From positions 7,161 through 71,160 of the forward strand of contig CANHCU010000005.1 of the NCBI GenBank assembly GCA_947459185.1: a stretch of 64,000 nt of DNA, given 5' to 3'. This DNA is from Planctomycetaceae bacterium (GTDB taxonomy: Bacteria; Planctomycetota; Planctomycetia; Pirellulales; UBA1268). Under the pieces are notes generated by a model. The model was given only the letters and a program-made list of their open reading frames with translations. It did no database searches and was not told where the DNA came from. How positions within the stretch are numbered: the stretch's first letter is position 1; each line of letters opens with the position of its first letter. This document shows, piece after piece, positions 1 to 8,449 of the stretch. The translations under genes were made by a program, and so were the position numbers.

Positions 1-1
1 G

Positions 2-484
2 CCAAAGGTGAGCACCTACCTGCTCACGAAAAAGCCGTATCGCAATTTTCGGCTCTTGCTCGAGAGCAAGCTCGTCACGAGCGAGATGCACTCGGGCGTC
101 GCCATTTGGGGTAAGAAGTTCGACAAGGATGGCGAGGCGTCGAGCTACCAGGGCCATCTCGTGATGTTTCCGTCGGGCTACGGGCTCTACGACCTCTACC
201 GCCGCAACGGCATCAGTGGCGACCAGAACGGCCGGGCGAAGGCCGCCGGCAAGCAGCACGACTGGAACCAGCTGGAGATCCTTGCCATCGGAAGCCGAAT
301 TCGCTTCGCGGTGAACGGCAAGGAAGTGCTCGACTGGACAGACCCCAAGCCGGAGCTCTGCGAGGCCGGGCCGATCGGCCTGCAGCTGCACTCCAACAAG
401 GTGCCGCAGGAGGTGCGGTTCCGCGGGCTCGTGCTTGTCGAGGATCCGACCGACGTGCTCGTGACAGCCAGCCCGACGCCGTGA
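2..484 (+). CDS. DUF1080 / family-16-like 3-keto-disaccharide hydrolase domain protein (5'-partial)
   Basis: Frame is open from the window edge. Motifs YRNFRL..E.K, HSGV, WNQLEI...G..I...VNG and GPIGLQLH...VRFR match DUF1080. Confidence 0.8.
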   Translation, partial: PKVSTYLLTKKPYRNFRLLLESKLVTSEMHSGVAIWGKKFDKDGEASSYQGHLVMFPSGYGLYDLYRRNGISGDQNGRAKAAGKQHDWNQLEILAIGSRIRFAVNGKEVLDWTDPKPELCEAGPIGLQLHSNKVPQEVRFRGLVLVEDPTDVLVTASPTP

Positions 485-528
485 CGACAAACGCTGTGCT
501 CAATCCTTATTCAAGCCCGCTCCCCGTT

Positions 529-619
529 CATCCAAGCCCGCAGCGCGAGCAAGGGAAATGCGGGTGATCGTGCAGGCATGCCACGCGGATTCCTCTCGCT
601 CGCGCTTCGGGCTTGGATG
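529..619. repeat. Inverted pair of REP-like hairpins (cluster 1)
   Basis: CATCCAAGCCCGCAGCGCGAGCAAGGGAA on + (529-557) and CATCCAAGCCCGAAGCGCGAGCGAGAGGAATCCGCG on - (584-619). Near-identical units recur at 34823-34905 and 45609-45740. Confidence 0.8.
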
Positions 620-691
620 GGAGTGGAGCATGGATGTGCTATGCTACGGCCATAGATGGCAGGATCCCACCCTGTGGAGGAGAACTGAGGC

Positions 692-1837
692 GTGGCACGC
701 GCGGCACTGGCACTCGAGGACGGCACGGTCTATTTCGGTGAGTCGTTTGGGGCCGCGGGCACCGTCTCCGGCGAGGTCTGTTTCAACACCTCGATGACGG
801 GGTATCAGGAGATCCTCACCGACCCGAGCTACCGCGGGCAGATCCTCACGATGACCGCGCCGCAGATCGGCAACTACGGTGTCAACGAGGCCGACGTCGA
901 GAGCGGCAAGTTGCAGATGGAGGGCTTCGTCGTCCGCGAGGCGAGCCGCATCGCGAGCAACTTCACCTCCACGGGCACGCTCGGCGACTATCTCGCAAAG
1001 GCGGGCGTCGTGGGGCTCGCGGGGATCGACACGCGGGCGCTCGTCCGGCGGCTGCGGATCCGCGGCGCGATGACGGGCGTCTTATCGAGCGAGGTGCTCG
1101 ATCCGGCGAAGCTCGTCGAAATGGCGAAGTCGGCGCCGACGCTCGTGGGCCGCGATCTTGTCCGCGAGGTGATGCCGCAGGCGGACAGCGAATGGACCGA
1201 AACGCTCGATGACTGGGCGAGGCCGCTGCCGCAGCCACTCGAAGGGGGCGTGTTCCCGCCGCCGCCAGCCGTCGCGAGCGGCGTGAAGCATGTCGTCGCG
1301 CTCGACTACGGCATGAAATGGAACATCGCGCGGCATTTGGCGAGCGCCGGCTGTCATGTGACCGTGCTGCCCGGCAAGGCGACGGCGGCCGAGGTGCTTG
1401 CCCACAAGCCCGACGGCGTGTTTCTCTCCAACGGACCCGGCGATCCGGAGGTGCTCGACTACTGCGTCAACACTGTTCGTGATCTGGTCGGCAAGGTGCC
1501 GATGTTTGGCATCTGCCTCGGCCACCAGCTCCTCGCACTCGCCTGCGGCGCGAAGACCTACAAGCTGAAGTTTGGCCATCGCGGCGCTAATCAACCGGTG
1601 ATGGATCTCGAGACGGGGAAGGTGGAGATCACGTCGCAGAACCATGGCTTCGCCGTGGACGAGGCGACGCTGCCGCCGGAGCTGGTCGTGACGCACCGCA
1701 ATCTCAACGACGGCACGATCGAGGGCGTGCGGCATACGACGGCCAACGCAGCGAGCGTGCAGTATCACCCCGAGGCAGCGGCCGGCCCGCACGATTCCGC
1801 CTACCTCTTCGGCCGCTTCCGCCAGATGATGGCGTGA
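692..1837 (+). CDS. carA: Carbamoyl-phosphate synthase small subunit
   Basis: [36 protein letters not shown] (catalytic Cys), QNHGFAV, VQYHPEA. Confidence 0.97.
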   Translation: MARAALALEDGTVYFGESFGAAGTVSGEVCFNTSMTGYQEILTDPSYRGQILTMTAPQIGNYGVNEADVESGKLQMEGFVVREASRIASNFTSTGTLGDYLAKAGVVGLAGIDTRALVRRLRIRGAMTGVLSSEVLDPAKLVEMAKSAPTLVGRDLVREVMPQADSEWTETLDDWARPLPQPLEGGVFPPPPAVASGVKHVVALDYGMKWNIARHLASAGCHVTVLPGKATAAEVLAHKPDGVFLSNGPGDPEVLDYCVNTVRDLVGKVPMFGICLGHQLLALACGAKTYKLKFGHRGANQPVMDLETGKVEITSQNHGFAVDEATLPPELVVTHRNLNDGTIEGVRHTTANAASVQYHPEAAAGPHDSAYLFGRFRQMMA

Positions 1838-1859
1838 GGCTGGGATTCTGGCTGATGGA

Positions 1860-1891
1860 ACGGTTCGGGGCAGCCCGTGCCCCTCACGGAT
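1860..1891. repeat. Collapsed copy of the 6891-7021 element (ends only)
   Basis: ACGGTTCGGGGC-7 nt-GCCCCTCACGGAT. Both ends are identical to 6884-6895 and 7017-7029. Confidence 0.6.
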
Positions 1892-2056
1892 GCATCGGCC
1901 GGAGTGCATTGAAATCGGCGAAAAAGCGTTTTTGACATTCGCCATTCGTGTGCCAGAGTTGCTTGAAGCTTCGGGCGGCATCCCGGCTTCACCCGCGGAA
2001 TGCCCTTCCGCGGCCCCCCCAGTCACTGCCACCCTTTTCTTTTGGAGGCTCGCCTC

Positions 2057-2563
2057 ATGAGTCGTTCGCTGTTTTTCTGCGGTCTTGCGGCCGTCCTGTC
2101 GTTTGCTGTCGCCTCGCTCGCCGACGCGGGTTTTGGCCACCATCGTCGTCAGGCTGACCCCGGCTGTGCGGCACCGGAAGGTGTTGGCTGCAGCCAGTTC
2201 GAGCCCGGTTGTGCCCTCGAGCCTTCGTGCGGCGTCGAACCCGGCTGCGGTGCCGAGACCTGCTGTCCGACCAACCCTTGCATCAAGTATCGCCACAAGC
2301 ATGCCCACAAGCACAAGTGTGCGAAGGGCTGCTGCGCGGAGCCGACCTACGAGACGGTCCTCAATCCGACGAGCCCCGAGACCTGCCAGACGGTGGCCGT
2401 GCCGGTCTGCCTGCCGGCCTGCTGCCAGGGCTGCCCGTGCGAGACCTCGCGGTGCACGCTGCTGGGCTGCGGCCAGGTGCGGTATGACTACGCCTGCGGC
2501 TGCTCGGTGATCATCCGCTTCCAGAAGCACGGCGACATCCTCGTCACCTACGCCGGCTTCTAG
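2057..2563 (+). CDS. Cys/His-rich secreted protein (168 aa, 22 Cys)
   Basis: GGAGG RBS before ATG 2057, signal peptide ending ADA, (E/D)PxC repeats, His-rich stretch, followed by an intrinsic terminator. Confidence 0.8.
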   Translation: MSRSLFFCGLAAVLSFAVASLADAGFGHHRRQADPGCAAPEGVGCSQFEPGCALEPSCGVEPGCGAETCCPTNPCIKYRHKHAHKHKCAKGCCAEPTYETVLNPTSPETCQTVAVPVCLPACCQGCPCETSRCTLLGCGQVRYDYACGCSVIIRFQKHGDILVTYAGF

Positions 2564-2607
2564 TCCGTCTGAAACAGATCAGAGCCCTCCATCTCAATCA
2601 CCGTGAG

Positions 2608-2645
2608 CCCGGCCGGGAGTCCTTCCCGGCCGGGTTTTTTGTTTT
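2608..2645 (+). terminator. Rho-independent terminator
   Basis: 11-bp stem CCCGGCCGGGA/TCCCGGCCGGG with a 5-nt loop, then TTTTTTGTTTT, lying between convergent genes. Confidence 0.85.
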
Positions 2646-2654
2646 GTGCACACT

Positions 2655-3767
2655 CTAGGGCACACTCGAGGGCTTGGGCTGTTTTGGCGCCGACAGCCGG
2701 AACGACTGTTCACCGACGCTGTGTTTGAAGAACCCATCGCGATTCCATGTCGGCTGTTCCTGCTCGGGAGGCGAGGGCAGGTCGAATGTCGCGGTGAGCG
2801 TGTAGGTGTCGGCATCGATCCGCTCGTACCGATACGGTTGTCCCGTCGCGGGGTCGGTCGTGTTCTGCAGGAATGTCGCCGGGTTATCCGCGAGCGCCTC
2901 GAGCGTGACGGGCATGACGCCCTCGCGTTCGAAGTAGGTTTCGACATTCTGCTGGATGGCACGGAGGTCACCGATGCGTCGGGCGTCGAGCCGGAGCTGC
3001 CGCTGTCGGAACGGACTGCCGGCGGCATAGAGCGCGGCCAGCATCGAGACGATGGCCACAGCCGCGCCGATCCGGTGAAGCCAATCCCGCCAAGGTGGTG
3101 GGGGCGGGATCGTGGCTGTTCCGGTGGTTGTGGTGATCCGCTCCTCTCGGCCAACGTCGCTGGAAAACCAGAGGTAGATGCCGCCGGAGAGCAGAAGAAT
3201 GATCAACGCCTTGAGGATGAAGCGAACCGTCAATTCGCCGGAAAGAAAACAGACGACTGCGGCGATCAGGTCGCCGGCCATGACGAGCGATGTGATCAGC
3301 AGCGTGAGGTAGGCGAGCGTGCGATAGATCGGGGTCAGCCGCAGGGCCGGGTCGCGGCTGGCATCGCGGCCGATCGTGCGGTGCGCCAGCCCAAGGATGG
3401 GAAGCGAGACGAGCAGTGCGGCCGCCGCCGCCCGCAGCGAGCCACTGGAGATACCGAGCGAATCGTCCGTTGCCGCGGGCAGCCAGCGATCGACGAATTG
3501 AAACAGGATCGTGCCGGTGGCGAATGCGGCCGTGTAGAGCATGGCCATGCCAAGCAGATGGACAAAGGCGTCGCGTGGCGAGCTCGACACCCGTTTCCTG
3601 GGCACGGGCACGGGCAGAAGCGAGTCGGCGAAGGCGTCGAGGGCACCCTTCGCCTCACGCGGTGACCACCCGCCGGATTCAATCGCGCGGCCGATGTCAG
3701 CCCGGGGCATCCCGCGTTCCAGACAGGCTTTTACGAATTCGACAAGCACTTCGGGAGCGGATGCCAT
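2655..3767 (-). CDS. DUF5671-like membrane protein
   Basis: N-terminal ...GW...E small domain, about six hydrophobic segments (RDAF.HL, Y..L.YLTL, F.SGELT.RF), and a C-terminal pilin-like region (R..D.RR..DL..I...DP.TG.PY.Y). Confidence 0.7.
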   Translation of the reverse strand: MASAPEVLVEFVKACLERGMPRADIGRAIESGGWSPREAKGALDAFADSLLPVPVPRKRVSSSPRDAFVHLLGMAMLYTAAFATGTILFQFVDRWLPAATDDSLGISSGSLRAAAAALLVSLPILGLAHRTIGRDASRDPALRLTPIYRTLAYLTLLITSLVMAGDLIAAVVCFLSGELTVRFILKALIILLLSGGIYLWFSSDVGREERITTTTGTATIPPPPPWRDWLHRIGAAVAIVSMLAALYAAGSPFRQRQLRLDARRIGDLRAIQQNVETYFEREGVMPVTLEALADNPATFLQNTTDPATGQPYRYERIDADTYTLTATFDLPSPPEQEQPTWNRDGFFKHSVGEQSFRLSAPKQPKPSSVP

Positions 3768-3879
3768 GGGGCAGGTCTCGGGGGCGCTAGTGGATCAGTC
3801 CGTGTAACTGTCGCCACGCCCCCGGGATTCGTCCAGAGAAAAGTCGTGGTGGGCGGGTTTTTCTTTTTTTGGGGCAGGC

Positions 3880-3906
3880 TGTAACGGATTCCGGGCGGCG
3901 GCGTTG
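3880..3906 (+). promoter_or_regulatory. Candidate ECF-type autoregulatory promoter
   Basis: TGTAAC-N16-CGTTG upstream of the ECF sigma gene, fitting the generic AAC...CGT ECF pattern. Confidence 0.35.
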
Positions 3907-3975
3907 TTTCTTCCAGACGGATCGACAGGTCATCCTGTAAGGTCGATCAGCGTCAGAACCACCGGGAAGAAAAGT

Positions 3976-4551
3976 ATGTCTGCCAGCGGCGAATCCCACG
4001 GCTGGGTGATGGAGGCCGTCGATCTCTACGAACTGCCGCTGCTGCGTTATGCGAGGCGGCTGCTCGGCGACGTCGACCTGGCCGCCGACGCGGTGCAGCA
4101 CGCATTCGTGAAACTCTGTGAGGAGTCGCGAGAGCGGCTCGATGGCCGGGTGGCACCGTGGCTGTTTCGCGTCTGCCGCAACCGGGCGATCGATCACCTC
4201 CGCCGTTCGGGCCGCGAGCACTCGTTGCTCAATGAACCGGTCGATTCGCCGTCTGCCATTGGCCACCCCGGCAGTCGCGAGGCCGATCCGGCCATGTCAG
4301 CCGAGCGGGCCGATCTGGCCTCGCGACTCCGCGAACTGCTGCAGGATCTGCCGGCCCCGCAACGCGAGGCGATCGACCTCTGGTGCGAGGGGCTTACGTA
4401 CCGCCAGATCGCCGAGGTCACCGGCCGGCAGGAGGGTCATGTCCGCGTGCTGGCCCATCGCGGTCTCACCGCCCTCCGCGCGCACCCGCTGGTGCGAGAC
4501 CTGCTTGTGACCGAAGGCCACCGGCCCACGCAGAACGCATCGAACTCCTGA
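3976..4551 (+). CDS. ECF RNA polymerase sigma factor
   Basis: Region 2 (LLRYARRLLGD..LAADAVQHAF..L, WLFRVCRNRAIDHLR) and region 4 (LP..QRE...L...EGLTY.QIAEV.G). Confidence 0.92.
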   Translation: MSASGESHGWVMEAVDLYELPLLRYARRLLGDVDLAADAVQHAFVKLCEESRERLDGRVAPWLFRVCRNRAIDHLRRSGREHSLLNEPVDSPSAIGHPGSREADPAMSAERADLASRLRELLQDLPAPQREAIDLWCEGLTYRQIAEVTGRQEGHVRVLAHRGLTALRAHPLVRDLLVTEGHRPTQNASNS

Positions 4552-4571
4552 CACACCCACCGAGGCAGACC

Positions 4572-6857
4572 ATGACCACCGAAAACGTTAACGATTCCCA
4601 GTTCAACAGCGACCAGTTCAACAGCGACCAGTTCAACAGCGACCAGCCGGCTCCGCGCGACCGCGAGGCTGCGGATGCGCTGCTCACGGCGCACGTTCTC
4701 GGACAACTCGAGGGCGACGAGCAGGCTGTCGTCGAACGGCTGCTCGCCGAACCCATGCGGCACGAGGAGCGGCGGACGGTCGACGAGATCGGCCGGGTGG
4801 CGACCGCGTTGCGTGCCGGCCGAACGAACGACGACGTGCCGCGGTCTCCGACACTGCGTCGGGCGGTGGTCGCCGCGATCGCGGCGAACGGTGGAGCCGC
4901 GAGGGAAGGGACGGTGGCGTCGGATGTCGTCGTCGCTCCACAGCCTTCCCGGAGCCGGTTCGGCAGGGGACTGGCACTCGCCGCGTCGTTGCTGGCGGCT
5001 GTGCTCGTGATGGTGACGGCGGTGCTCGTGCGGCCCTGGGCGTTGCAGCCGCGAATGGCTCGTGAGGTCGCGCAGCGTGGGCCGGAACTCAGGACGGAAG
5101 GCGTCGCGACCGCTCGCCAGGAGCGGTCGGTCCTGGAGCGGCCTGATGAAAAACCATCCGAGGCGAAGGCGGTGACCGCGGCGGGCGACCAGTTGGCGTC
5201 AGAAAAAAGACCGGCCACGGAGCAGGTCGACAAGTCGACAAATCACTTGGGGGCGAATGCGAGTGGGTATGCGATGCCTGCCGCGCCGGCGGATATGGCC
5301 ACGGCTGCCGCACCGGCTCCCGGAGCCCGCAGGTTGGCCGGCGACCGCGATGCCCGGGAACTCGAAATGCAGTCTATCGGTGGGCAGCGAAAGCAGCAGG
5401 ATGCACAGGCCGGCGAGCGGTATGCTCGGTTCGACGAGAACCGGCTGCGGACATCTTCGGAGCAGCCGCTCTCCACGTTTTCGATCGACGTCGATACGGC
5501 GTCGTATGCCAACGTGCGTAGGTTTCTCACCTCCGGTCGGCTGCCGCCCCCGGATGCGGTGCGGATCGAGGAGATGGTGAACTATTTTCGCTACGACGAC
5601 CCGCAGCCCGTCGGCGACAGGCCGTTCTCGGTGACGCTCGAGGCGGCCGAGTGCCCCTGGCACTCCGGCCGGCGTCTGGTTCGCATCGGCCTCGAAGGCC
5701 GCGACATCGACCGCCGCGAGCGGCCCGCCGGGAACCTCGTGTTTCTCATCGACGTGTCGGGCTCGATGGCAGCGGCGAACAAGCTGCCGCTGGTGAAGCA
5801 GGCCCTCGCGATGCTGGTCGAGGAGCTCACGGAAAACGACTCCCTGGCGATCGTCACCTATGCCGGCGACGCAGGTGTGAAGCTCCCCGCCACCAGCGGC
5901 GACCAAAAGGGAAAAATTCTCGCGGCGATCGAATCGCTCTCGTCGGGTGGCTCAACGCATGGCAGCGCCGGCATCAACCTGGCCTACGAGCAGGCGGCGG
6001 AGCGGTTCATCCCTGGCGGCGTGAACCGGGTGATCCTCGCCACCGACGGCGACCTGAACGTGGGTGTGACCAGCGACGAGGCGCTCGTGGACCTGATCAA
6101 GCAGAGGGCGGCCGGCGGCACCTTTCTCACGGTGCTCGGCTTCGGCGAAGGCAACCTGCAGGACGCGAAGATGGAAAAGATCGCCGATAACGGCAATGGC
6201 ATCTACGCCTATATCGACGGCGCCCGCGAGGCGCGGAAGGTGCTCGTGGAGCAGCTCACGGGCAGCACGATCACGATCGCGAAGGACGTGAAGATCCAGG
6301 TGGAGTTCAACCCGGCGCAGGTGGCCTCCTATCGCCTGATCGGCTACGAGAATCGGATCATGGCGGCCGAGGACTTTCGCAACGACAGGATTGATGCCGG
6401 CGAGATAGGAGCCGGGCACAGCGTCACGGCGCTCTATGAGATCGAACTGGTGGGCGACGGCGGCGAAGGGTCGGCCGGGGCGGAGCCGCTCAAGTATCAG
6501 CCGCCGCAGCCCAAGCCTGCCCCTGAGGCCACGCTCGTCGATGGTGAAACGAGCCGGGAGCTGCTCACGGTGAAGCTGCGGTGGAAGAAGCCAGAAGGCG
6601 ATGCGAGCACGCTGGATGAAGTGCCGCTCGTCGATCGCGGTGGTGCTTTCGAACAGGCTTCCGCTGATCTGCGGTTCGCCGGTGCCGTGGCAGCCTTCGG
6701 AATGGTGCTTCGCAACAGCGAATACAAGGGGGAGGCCACGCTGCCGCTGGTGGCGAAAATCGCCGCGGGTGCGCTTGGGCCGGATCGGGGGGGCTACCGC
6801 GCAGAGTTTCTCGACCTCGTCCGCAAGGCGGAGACCCTCCGCGACGGCGGCCGATAG
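4572..6857 (+). CDS. Membrane-anchored VWA domain protein (YfbK/DUF3520-like) with an anti-sigma-like N-terminus
   Basis: N-terminal LLTAHVLGQL...E helix, one TM segment, PLSTFSIDVDTASY, MIDAS motif DVSGS, ILATDGD, C-terminal A.G.D..GYR.EF. Confidence 0.88.
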   Translation: MTTENVNDSQFNSDQFNSDQFNSDQPAPRDREAADALLTAHVLGQLEGDEQAVVERLLAEPMRHEERRTVDEIGRVATALRAGRTNDDVPRSPTLRRAVVAAIAANGGAAREGTVASDVVVAPQPSRSRFGRGLALAASLLAAVLVMVTAVLVRPWALQPRMAREVAQRGPELRTEGVATARQERSVLERPDEKPSEAKAVTAAGDQLASEKRPATEQVDKSTNHLGANASGYAMPAAPADMATAAAPAPGARRLAGDRDARELEMQSIGGQRKQQDAQAGERYARFDENRLRTSSEQPLSTFSIDVDTASYANVRRFLTSGRLPPPDAVRIEEMVNYFRYDDPQPVGDRPFSVTLEAAECPWHSGRRLVRIGLEGRDIDRRERPAGNLVFLIDVSGSMAAANKLPLVKQALAMLVEELTENDSLAIVTYAGDAGVKLPATSGDQKGKILAAIESLSSGGSTHGSAGINLAYEQAAERFIPGGVNRVILATDGDLNVGVTSDEALVDLIKQRAAGGTFLTVLGFGEGNLQDAKMEKIADNGNGIYAYIDGAREARKVLVEQLTGSTITIAKDVKIQVEFNPAQVASYRLIGYENRIMAAEDFRNDRIDAGEIGAGHSVTALYEIELVGDGGEGSAGAEPLKYQPPQPKPAPEATLVDGETSRELLTVKLRWKKPEGDASTLDEVPLVDRGGAFEQASADLRFAGAVAAFGMVLRNSEYKGEATLPLVAKIAAGALGPDRGGYRAEFLDLVRKAETLRDGGR
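4598..4646 (+). repeat. In-frame 15-bp tandem repeat (QFNSD x3)
   Basis: CCAGTTCAACAGCGA three times exactly, plus CCAG. Confidence 0.95.
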
Positions 6858-6890
6858 TGGGGGGCCGTGGCTACCTGCTGGTGACGGTTC

Positions 6891-7021
6891 GGGGCTGCCC
6901 ACGCCCCGTCGCCGGACGCTCGCTTCGGCCATCCTAGCCTGCGCTCGCTCGATGCTGACTGCGCTACGGCATCCTGCCTGCGCTGGTCAGCAACGCCGGC
7001 TCCCGGGACATGGGCAGCCCC
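6891..7021. repeat. ~130-nt nested-hairpin dispersed element, copy A
   Basis: Highly similar to 59144-59272. Outer stem GGGGCTGCCCA/TGGGCAGCCCC encloses GCCGG/CCGGC and TGCTGAC/GTCAGCA stems and two GGCATCCTGCC-type hairpins. Confidence 0.85.
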
Positions 7022-7044
7022 TCACGGATTACTCAGAGTCAAAT

Positions 7045-7071
7045 AAAAGCCCTGAGCGTAAGCGACGGGAT
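7045..7071 (+). repeat. REP-like hairpin (cluster 2)
   Basis: AAAAGCCCTGAGCGTAAGCGACGGGAT. Its reverse complement recurs at 41031-41050 and 41079-41104. Confidence 0.7.
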
Positions 7072-7202
7072 CTGCATGACTCGCGCATCAGCGCCAGGCC
7101 CGGAGGGCAGGGTTAGCACCAGCGACCGGAGGTCGCCAAGCGACTCGCTGAGGACGGGCATCCGCCCGTCGTCGCGGCAGGATGCCGATGTTTCGCGTGT
7201 AT

Positions 7203-8279
7203 TCAGTGCACGCCCTGGCCTGCCAGCCAGCGTTCGGCATCGAGGGCTGACATGCAGCCGGTGCCGGCAGCGGAGATCGCCTGACGGTAGTAGTCGTCGG
7301 CCACGTCGCCCGCCGCGAAGACTCCCTCCACGCTCGTCTCGGTTCGGAAGTGCTTCGTCCAGACGATGTATTTCTTGGGATTGAGTTCCAATTGGCCGTC
7401 GAGGAACGCCGTGTTGGGCGTGTGGCCGATCGCCAGGAAGACACCCGTCGCCTCGAGCGTTGTCTCCTTGCCGGCGTCGACCGTGCTCGCCAGCCGCACA
7501 CCCGTCACTCCCTTGGCATCGTCGCCGAGCACCTCGGCAAGGCCCGTGTTGAAGTGGATCTTGATCTTCGGGTCGTCGTGGGCCCGCTGCGCCATGATCT
7601 TCGAGGCACGGAGCTGGTCGCGGCGATGCACGAGGTGCACCGTGCTGGCAAACTTCGTGAGGTAGGTCGCCTCCTCCACGGCCGAGTCGCCGCCGCCCAC
7701 CACCACGATCGGCTTGTTGCGAAAGCGGGGCAGCGCGCCGTCGCAGACGGCACAGGCACTGACGCCGCGGTTCTTGAACTTCTCCTCGCTCGGTAGGCCG
7801 AGCCAGTTGGCGCTGGCGCCCGTGGCCACGATCACGCACTGGGCTTCCACCACGCCACCTTCGGAGGGATAGAGCTTGAAAGGGCGTGACGAAAAGTCCA
7901 CCTTCAGGATGTCGTCGGTGACGATCCGCGTGCCCATGTTGACCGCCTGCTGCCGCATCAGTTCCATCAGTTCCGGGCCGGTGACGCCCTCGCCGGCATG
8001 TGGGGCCATCATCTGCCGGCGTTCTGCGGGCAGGGCGGAGTCGAGGAAGGCGCCAAGATTTCCGTGCGGGAAACCGGCATAGTTTTCAACCTCGCTCGTG
8101 AGGGCGAGTTGGCCGAGCGGCAGCGTGCCCGACATCCTGTTTTTCTCGGTGATCGCGCCTTCGAAGACCAGCGGCTTGAGCTGGGCCCGGGCGGCGTAGG
8201 TGGCGGCCGACCAGCCGGCCGGTCCGCTGCCGATGATGACGAGGGTTTCGCGGGTCGTGTTGCCTGTGGTGGCGGACAT
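7203..8279 (-). CDS. trxB: Thioredoxin-disulfide reductase
   Basis: [25 protein letters not shown] redox motif, [24 protein letters not shown]. Confidence 0.95.
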   Translation of the reverse strand: MSATTGNTTRETLVIIGSGPAGWSAATYAARAQLKPLVFEGAITEKNRMSGTLPLGQLALTSEVENYAGFPHGNLGAFLDSALPAERRQMMAPHAGEGVTGPELMELMRQQAVNMGTRIVTDDILKVDFSSRPFKLYPSEGGVVEAQCVIVATGASANWLGLPSEEKFKNRGVSACAVCDGALPRFRNKPIVVVGGGDSAVEEATYLTKFASTVHLVHRRDQLRASKIMAQRAHDDPKIKIHFNTGLAEVLGDDAKGVTGVRLASTVDAGKETTLEATGVFLAIGHTPNTAFLDGQLELNPKKYIVWTKHFRTETSVEGVFAAGDVADDYYRQAISAAGTGCMSALDAERWLAGQGVH

Positions 8280-8292
8280 GCATGGCTCCATG

Positions 8293-8387
8293 AAAAAGGT
8301 GCCAGCCACCAAATCTGGGTGGTCTGGGGCGTCGTATCGAAGCAGCGGCTTCCTAAGTTGCCCCAATTTGGTGGCTGGCACCTTTTT
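8293..8387. repeat. Element with a perfect 22-bp inverted repeat
   Basis: AAAAAGGTGCCAGCCACCAAAT (8293-8314) and its exact reverse complement (8366-8387), between divergent trxB and cstA. Confidence 0.85.
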
Positions 8388-8449
8388 TGGGCAAGATGAA
8401 CAGGTAGAACGGCCGGTTCTCGCCATCTTCGCCACGACGTGGGGTCGCC

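Noticed and set aside
511-726. Small ORFs sharing peptides such as QARSASERNPR and PLLALRAWM (also near 34795-34977 and 45496-45848)
   Set aside because: The similarity comes from translating the REP-like repeats; it is not a protein family.
692-1837. carA without carB, rhaB without other rha genes, ilvB without ilvN
   Set aside because: Scattered pathway genes are common in planctomycete genomes, and absence from one window is not evidence of loss.
1950-2045. Possible cobalamin riboswitch (CCCC..CACTG-like motif) upstream of the Cys-rich gene
   Set aside because: Lacks the GGGAA/CCCG core and B12 box; only a simple CCGCGGAA/TTCCGCGG hairpin is supported.
4598-4646. Short direct repeats as a possible CRISPR array
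   Set aside because: 15-bp units with no spacers, in frame within a CDS, and no cas genes in the window.
6891-7021. Multi-stem element as a tRNA, SRP RNA or tmRNA fragment
   Set aside because: No T-loop GTTCRA in a cloverleaf context, no CCA end, and no SRP or tmRNA signature.
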